From Hydrurus foetidus (taxonomy: Eukaryota), in the NCBI GenBank assembly GCA_900617105.1, contig UYFQ01000029.1:1-52906 (forward strand): a DNA stretch of 52,906 bases, read 5' to 3'. The notes under the pieces are model-generated. The model was not told where the DNA came from. It saw only the letters and a program-made list of their open reading frames with translations, and made no database searches. Of this stretch, positions 48,401-52,906 are shown in pieces (within the stretch, counting starts at the first letter, position 1; each line of letters starts with the position of its first letter). A program made the position numbers and the translations under genes.

Positions 48401-51400
48401 GGCTGATGCAGTCTCATAGAAGCGGAAGTCTTTATGAGTGAAGATGCCGATGAAGTGGTCGTTGGTGACACCGCCAGCGCAGAACTGGGAGACAGAGACA
48501 AGGGTGCTGTCGCCTAGTGCAGGGAGAAGGAGGGTGCTAAGCTCCAACGGTCCGAGGCTGCCTTGGTGTGTTGGTGTCATGGACGGACCGAATGCAGGGG
48601 TGACTGTGACGGATGTGCTGACAGGTTCAATGCTGGTAAGACGTTGGGAGCGGCCGGTGCCAGAGCGTGAAGCACCAGAGTCGAAGATGACCTTGTCGGG
48701 GACGTGGAACGAGTTGAGTCTCTCATGTTGGGACTTGACGACGAATGTGTTGAGCTTGGAGTCGGAGGTACCGCCGGATGGTGCAGGAGGGCGAGCTGAT
48801 GCAAGCGGAGGGCGAGTACTGTTGAAGGCATGTCGGACATTTGTCGAGCGTTGAGATCCGACTGGTGGAGTCATTCGGTGGCGCTGGGCACGAGGCATAG
48901 TGAAAGGCGAGTCGGATGCAAGTGGTTGCGCGGCTTGCCAACGTTTGAGTGACCCGGTAAGAGGGTCAGAGGGTGTCGATGGAACAGGTGGTAACGGAGT
49001 ATTGAACTCCGGAAGCGTAGTGGGAATCGATGCAGAAGGTGAGGCGGAAGAGGATGCTGACGAGGACGAGGTAGTGTCTTGACGCTTAGTGTCCCCTTGA
49101 GCCTGGTCTTTCTGGAATGCGATGCCGCGCTTCCTGGCGTTGTACCGCTGAAGTTCCATGGATGCGTCCGGTGGTACCCATGGGGATGCGTCTGATGGAG
49201 GGACCATGAGACGTGTGACGGCTCCATGTAGGTAGTTGACATAAGAGAGGGCGCATCGAGGGCCACTGATGTTATGTGTTGGACAGGACATGTTGTACGG
49301 GAGGAAACAGATGGAGTCTTCGACAGAGGACTCTGAATCGCTCTCATAGTTCCGCAAAGTGTATCTTTGGCGTATGTTCTGTGGGGCTGTAGATGCTGCG
49401 AGGTCCCTGGCGAGAGATACTGTGCGGTAGTGTGACTCGGTGGGTTCAACAGGATCAGGTCCGACGAAGAGGCTGTTGGGTGTAACATGAAATGCATCGG
49501 GTAGGACATGCTGGATTACGACTCGAATAGCTTGGATGAATGACTCGTTCGATCCAGTTCGTGTCATAAGACCGTCAACGTGCGCATCAACTTCCGTGAG
49601 CATGAGTATGCGAAGAGTGGGAATGTTGTGCCAGGAGTTGCCGGGTGCATTGGCATATCGGGCAAGCTGTGCTGCGACCCAGGAGGCACAGTCATAGATG
49701 AGGACACTTTCAAATATCGCCATGTGGTCTGGACTGATCTGGTCGTCGAGGTACAGAGCAGTGTGGACGAGGAAGTAAAAGAAAATGTTCCCGACTGTGG
49801 ACTGATAGGTGGTGATGTCTTCAATCAAGGTTGGATTGAAGGTGCGGTAGTGCCCTGGGTCATACTCAAGATTGGGTGGAGTCGGCGGCTCAGTGTTGGC
49901 GAGCAGCAGGTTGCGAGCAATCTTGTGGATGAGGTTCATATACCGAGAGTATCCGTCTCTGACATCAGCGCGGCAGTTGCTGAGGGTGGTTGGGGATACC
50001 CAGCCGAAAATAGCGAGGTATATATGAGGCGCCGGTGTAGGGGATCCAGGCAAGGCGGGACGGTTCACATAGATGATGAAGTCATTTGCTGAGAGGGGCT
50101 GCTGATGAATGCGGTGGTGGACCACAGTGTAGTACTGAAGGATGTACGTGGAGCATTGTCGGCAGATACCCTGGAAGACAGTGGAGGAGGTGACTTCGTC
50201 ATTGGTGAGGAAGGCCCAGGTACGTGTGAAGGCATCGACTTCTTCTTGCATTGGGGTCCCATATGTTGGCGAGGAGATGTTCTGATGGCGCGGCGTGTCC
50301 CATGCTGTAGCATTCTCTGGGGCGACAGGAGTCGGGGGGTACCCAGGAGTACTGGGGTAGATGCTGGTTGAGTATGTTCGGAACGTACGTACGGTCGGAG
50401 CATTAAGGGAGAGGCGGCATTAGAAGATGGACGAGTTGGAGATCGCAGTGGTGAGTGTCCTGATGGAGGGAGTCCTGGCGGAAGTGCTAACTCGAGAGGA
50501 GGATTAGACGGTGTATCCGGAGGAGGTGCTGGGTCAGTGTCGGTGACTCGGAACATGTTGAGGGAGAAGCGCACATACCCGGAGGGTTCGGCGTTATCCA
50601 AAAGCGTGTTGTTCTGCCATCCGTCCTCAGGGTTGATGTTGGGTCCGTTGGTAAGAAGCTTCATGGGGATGTTGCTCTTGAGGTAAGGGACGCGGCCATC
50701 GATACTCGTCACTGGGAAGGTCTGCTTGGGAGGGTACTTGCCCTTGGCTTTGATCCGGTTCTTGTCCGTGACTGGAGCGGATCCAGGTGGGGCAGGAGGA
50801 TGTGCTTTGCCAGAGGGAGGTGTCGCTGCCGGTGGCTTAGCAGGAGCATGATAGTACTTGCACTTGTTACCGAGAAGGCAGGTACCAGCGAGGAACTTGC
50901 GGCAGGCTTCAGGGGTAGTGGACAAGGCAGCTATCTTGACCGGCTTGTCTTGGAGGAGGGCATACTCGGAATAGACAACAGCTCTCTCCAAAGTTTGGTG
51001 ATAGGTGAGCATGTTGCTATGGCAGGACATAAAGTAGGATTTGGTGTTGGGGCGGTGGTCGTTCATGAAGGCGTTGTGAAGGAATTGAAGGCGCTCCTGC
51101 TCGGTGCTCGGTCTGGCCTGGGCGTACTCGAATTCTGTCATTAACGTTGTAAACCTCACTAAATCCTCTTGAAAACAAGTAGCCGTGGAGCCCTTGAAGT
51201 TTTGTAGAAGCCGCCTAAGTCGGTTGATGTCTGCTTCAGTATGTCCGTAGTAGTGCTTGTGCATACGTTTATAAATAGCGATCCCATCGCGAGAGGTAAA
51301 GGAATCGGCACATAGATAGTGGGTAGACTCGCTGAAAGCGTTCAACATGACGTTGTATAGACGTTTCTTGTCGTGGGCCCATCGTGTAACATCGTCGGCG

Positions 51401-51977
51401 GGTACATAATTGAAGGTGCCGTCAAATTCTCCGACGTTGTAGGCTCCGAGTATCCTGATGGGTTAAGTCTCGTTGGGATTGGCTCGCGACGCGTGCCCAT
51501 CGCCATTGGGTAGAGTCCAACGACATGGAGCATGTTGTCGAGAGCTTTGAAGCGCTTGTTAGATCCCACAGTCGTTGTGGTGATCTGGTTTTGCTTGATG
51601 CTATCCATTTCTGAAGAGGTCGTCAGAACGAGATCGAGTTTTAGCCGTTTTAGCTCCAAAACGGATTCCAAAGCGGCATTATATGATAGCCCATGTGCTG
51701 AAACTTCTGCCGAAGTTTGGCGCGGTGGCGTGGCTTCCTCTGCATGGGAGCCTCGTCGAGGTCGGTTTGGTGTCGAAGGATTTTGACGATTTGCCGTCGA
51801 GCTGGTGACCAAATTTTGAGTTTGGGCTCTTATGGCCTCGGCGACACGTTGATCGAACTCTGCGAGGGTCATGGAGAGCATGCGCGGCAGCTGGGCGCGG
51901 CTGGGAGTCTCTAGCCCAGTTGGGTCATGGTATTCCTCGTTGTTTTGGTCTGTGTTGTCGGACGATCGTAGCATCAT
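45442..51977 (-). pseudogene. Copia A gag-pol polyprotein, broken into six ORFs
   Basis: Gag with CCCH finger; PR IFDSGASRS; IN H..GH..CPGC, SLDAY; RT KARLVGRG, NLYG, HSDD; RH DADLAG, STAESE, EDN, SDIGTK. Confidence 0.9.
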
Positions 51978-52053
51978 GGCCGACTTGAGATATCTGTTGT
52001 GATGAGATACCGTTGATATATTGATACTATATCGATGATTGCTGAACTTTCTA

Positions 52054-52067
52054 TGCAATCGCTACCA
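52054..52067 (-). promoter_or_regulatory. Canonical tRNA-type PBS of Copia A (TGGTAGCGATTGCA)
   Basis: Starts with TGG (complement of tRNA CCA) right after the LTR CA; TGGTAGC start resembles initiator-Met PBSs; tRNA not identified. Confidence 0.8.
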
Positions 52068-52575
52068 TGTGAGTCAGACTGTGGAGTGAAGCGAGCTACC
52101 TGTTGGCTGCGGAAGCGCAAAGGAAAGACTGGCTGATGGAAGTGGTCTCGGAAGACGTGTTTACTTACAACGATCAAGTAGTAAAACAACTGGCGATGAT
52201 ATCAGAGAAGACAACCATCAAAGAAGCAAAGCAAAGCATCCATTGTGCATGAAATGGTGATCGCCGAAGTGGAAACATATTCAGCGAATATTCAAGTTGG
52301 CGATTGAGCAATGGGCGGAACCCTCGCTGCTCATGAAATCGGATGCTTGGTGGAAACCGGATACCTGGTGGAAATCCGGATGCTTGGTGGTGAAAAACCG
52401 GATGCTTGGTGATGGCCCCAAAGGGGGATATCGCTAGAAGAACGATGAGCGTATGTACACAACAGTGTATGGCGGTGTTTTGGGTGAGGAAGCGCTACAC
52501 TACTTGTGACATGTGAATGCTAATCTACAGATGAAACTATGCTAACAGATCATACATGAATATGCTGGACTGACA
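52068..52575 (-). repeat. Copia A 5' LTR
   Basis: tgtcagtccag...ctgactcaca on the minus strand. Confidence 0.96.
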
Positions 52576-52906
52576 TAGGGACGTCAAAAGTGTTAAAAAT
52601 CACGACCGCGTCAGTGTTATCCATTTTTTTGAGGTTGATTACATTCTATCTCAGGGAGATTCAAAGTCACTGGTTTTTAATTCCATTTCTCGGAGTGAAG
52701 TAACTCAATATCAAATCAGTAACACGGGTTCGTCTAGTCTTACTGCTCCTCCAAGACCTGCGGCAACTTCAAAAGATGTGAAGGAATCAGCCCTCTACAA
52801 CCGAGAAAATATTAAGTACATTGACTATATGGAGCAGAGGAAATCATTGAAAATCGCAGCAGCATCTGGTGGCTCTACGAGGAAGAGAAGAACACCGTGT
52901 CCTCCT

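Larger units (their letters stand above)
44727..52575 (-). mobile_element. Ty1/Copia family A, full length (7.85 kb), frameshifted
   Basis: 508-bp LTRs with about 3 substitutions by eye; flanks TAAGG/TAGGG (5-bp TSD, one mismatch); TGG PBS; gag-PR-IN-RT-RH. Confidence 0.95.

Noticed and set aside
52054..52067. Self-priming in Copia A
   Set aside because: Has a canonical TGG-starting PBS, and I found no complementary site in its LTR
52576..52906. Possible exon at the window end, continuing the sequence interrupted by Copia A (44090-44726)
   Set aside because: Short open frame without motifs or clear splice structure; insufficient evidence

Overview
Eukaryotic genomic DNA, probably from a stramenopile-type protist (judged from intron-containing genes and CoDi-like Copia elements). 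It is dominated by nested transposons around two intact multi-exon host genes: a LisH-motif protein gene (26391-27946) and a DOT1-like methyltransferase gene (28404-32378). Retroelements: a decayed chromodomain Ty3/Gypsy element and three Ty1/Copia families. Family A is at 44727-52575 with a fragment at 5518-6872, family B at 13631-19055 with a fragment at 7209-8299, and family C at 32608-38988 (intact, LTRs appear identical). DNA transposons: a pogo/Tc1-like element hosting a pile-up of TNA-target TIR elements, one of which encodes a Sola-like DDD transposase; a P-like element with a 190-bp tandem array; and a ~1.9 kb foldback element. Main observation: Copia B and C lack a tRNA-type PBS. In each, the 11 nt immediately after the 5' LTR are the perfect reverse complement of an 11-nt site inside that element's own LTR, and the sequence differs between the two families. 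This is the signature of Tf1-type self-primed reverse transcription, here in Ty1/Copia elements. Both families also share a gag-end motif (TCG GWA AAS TAA GT) consistent with -1 frameshifting, and twin TTGCAA palindromes before the gag ATG.
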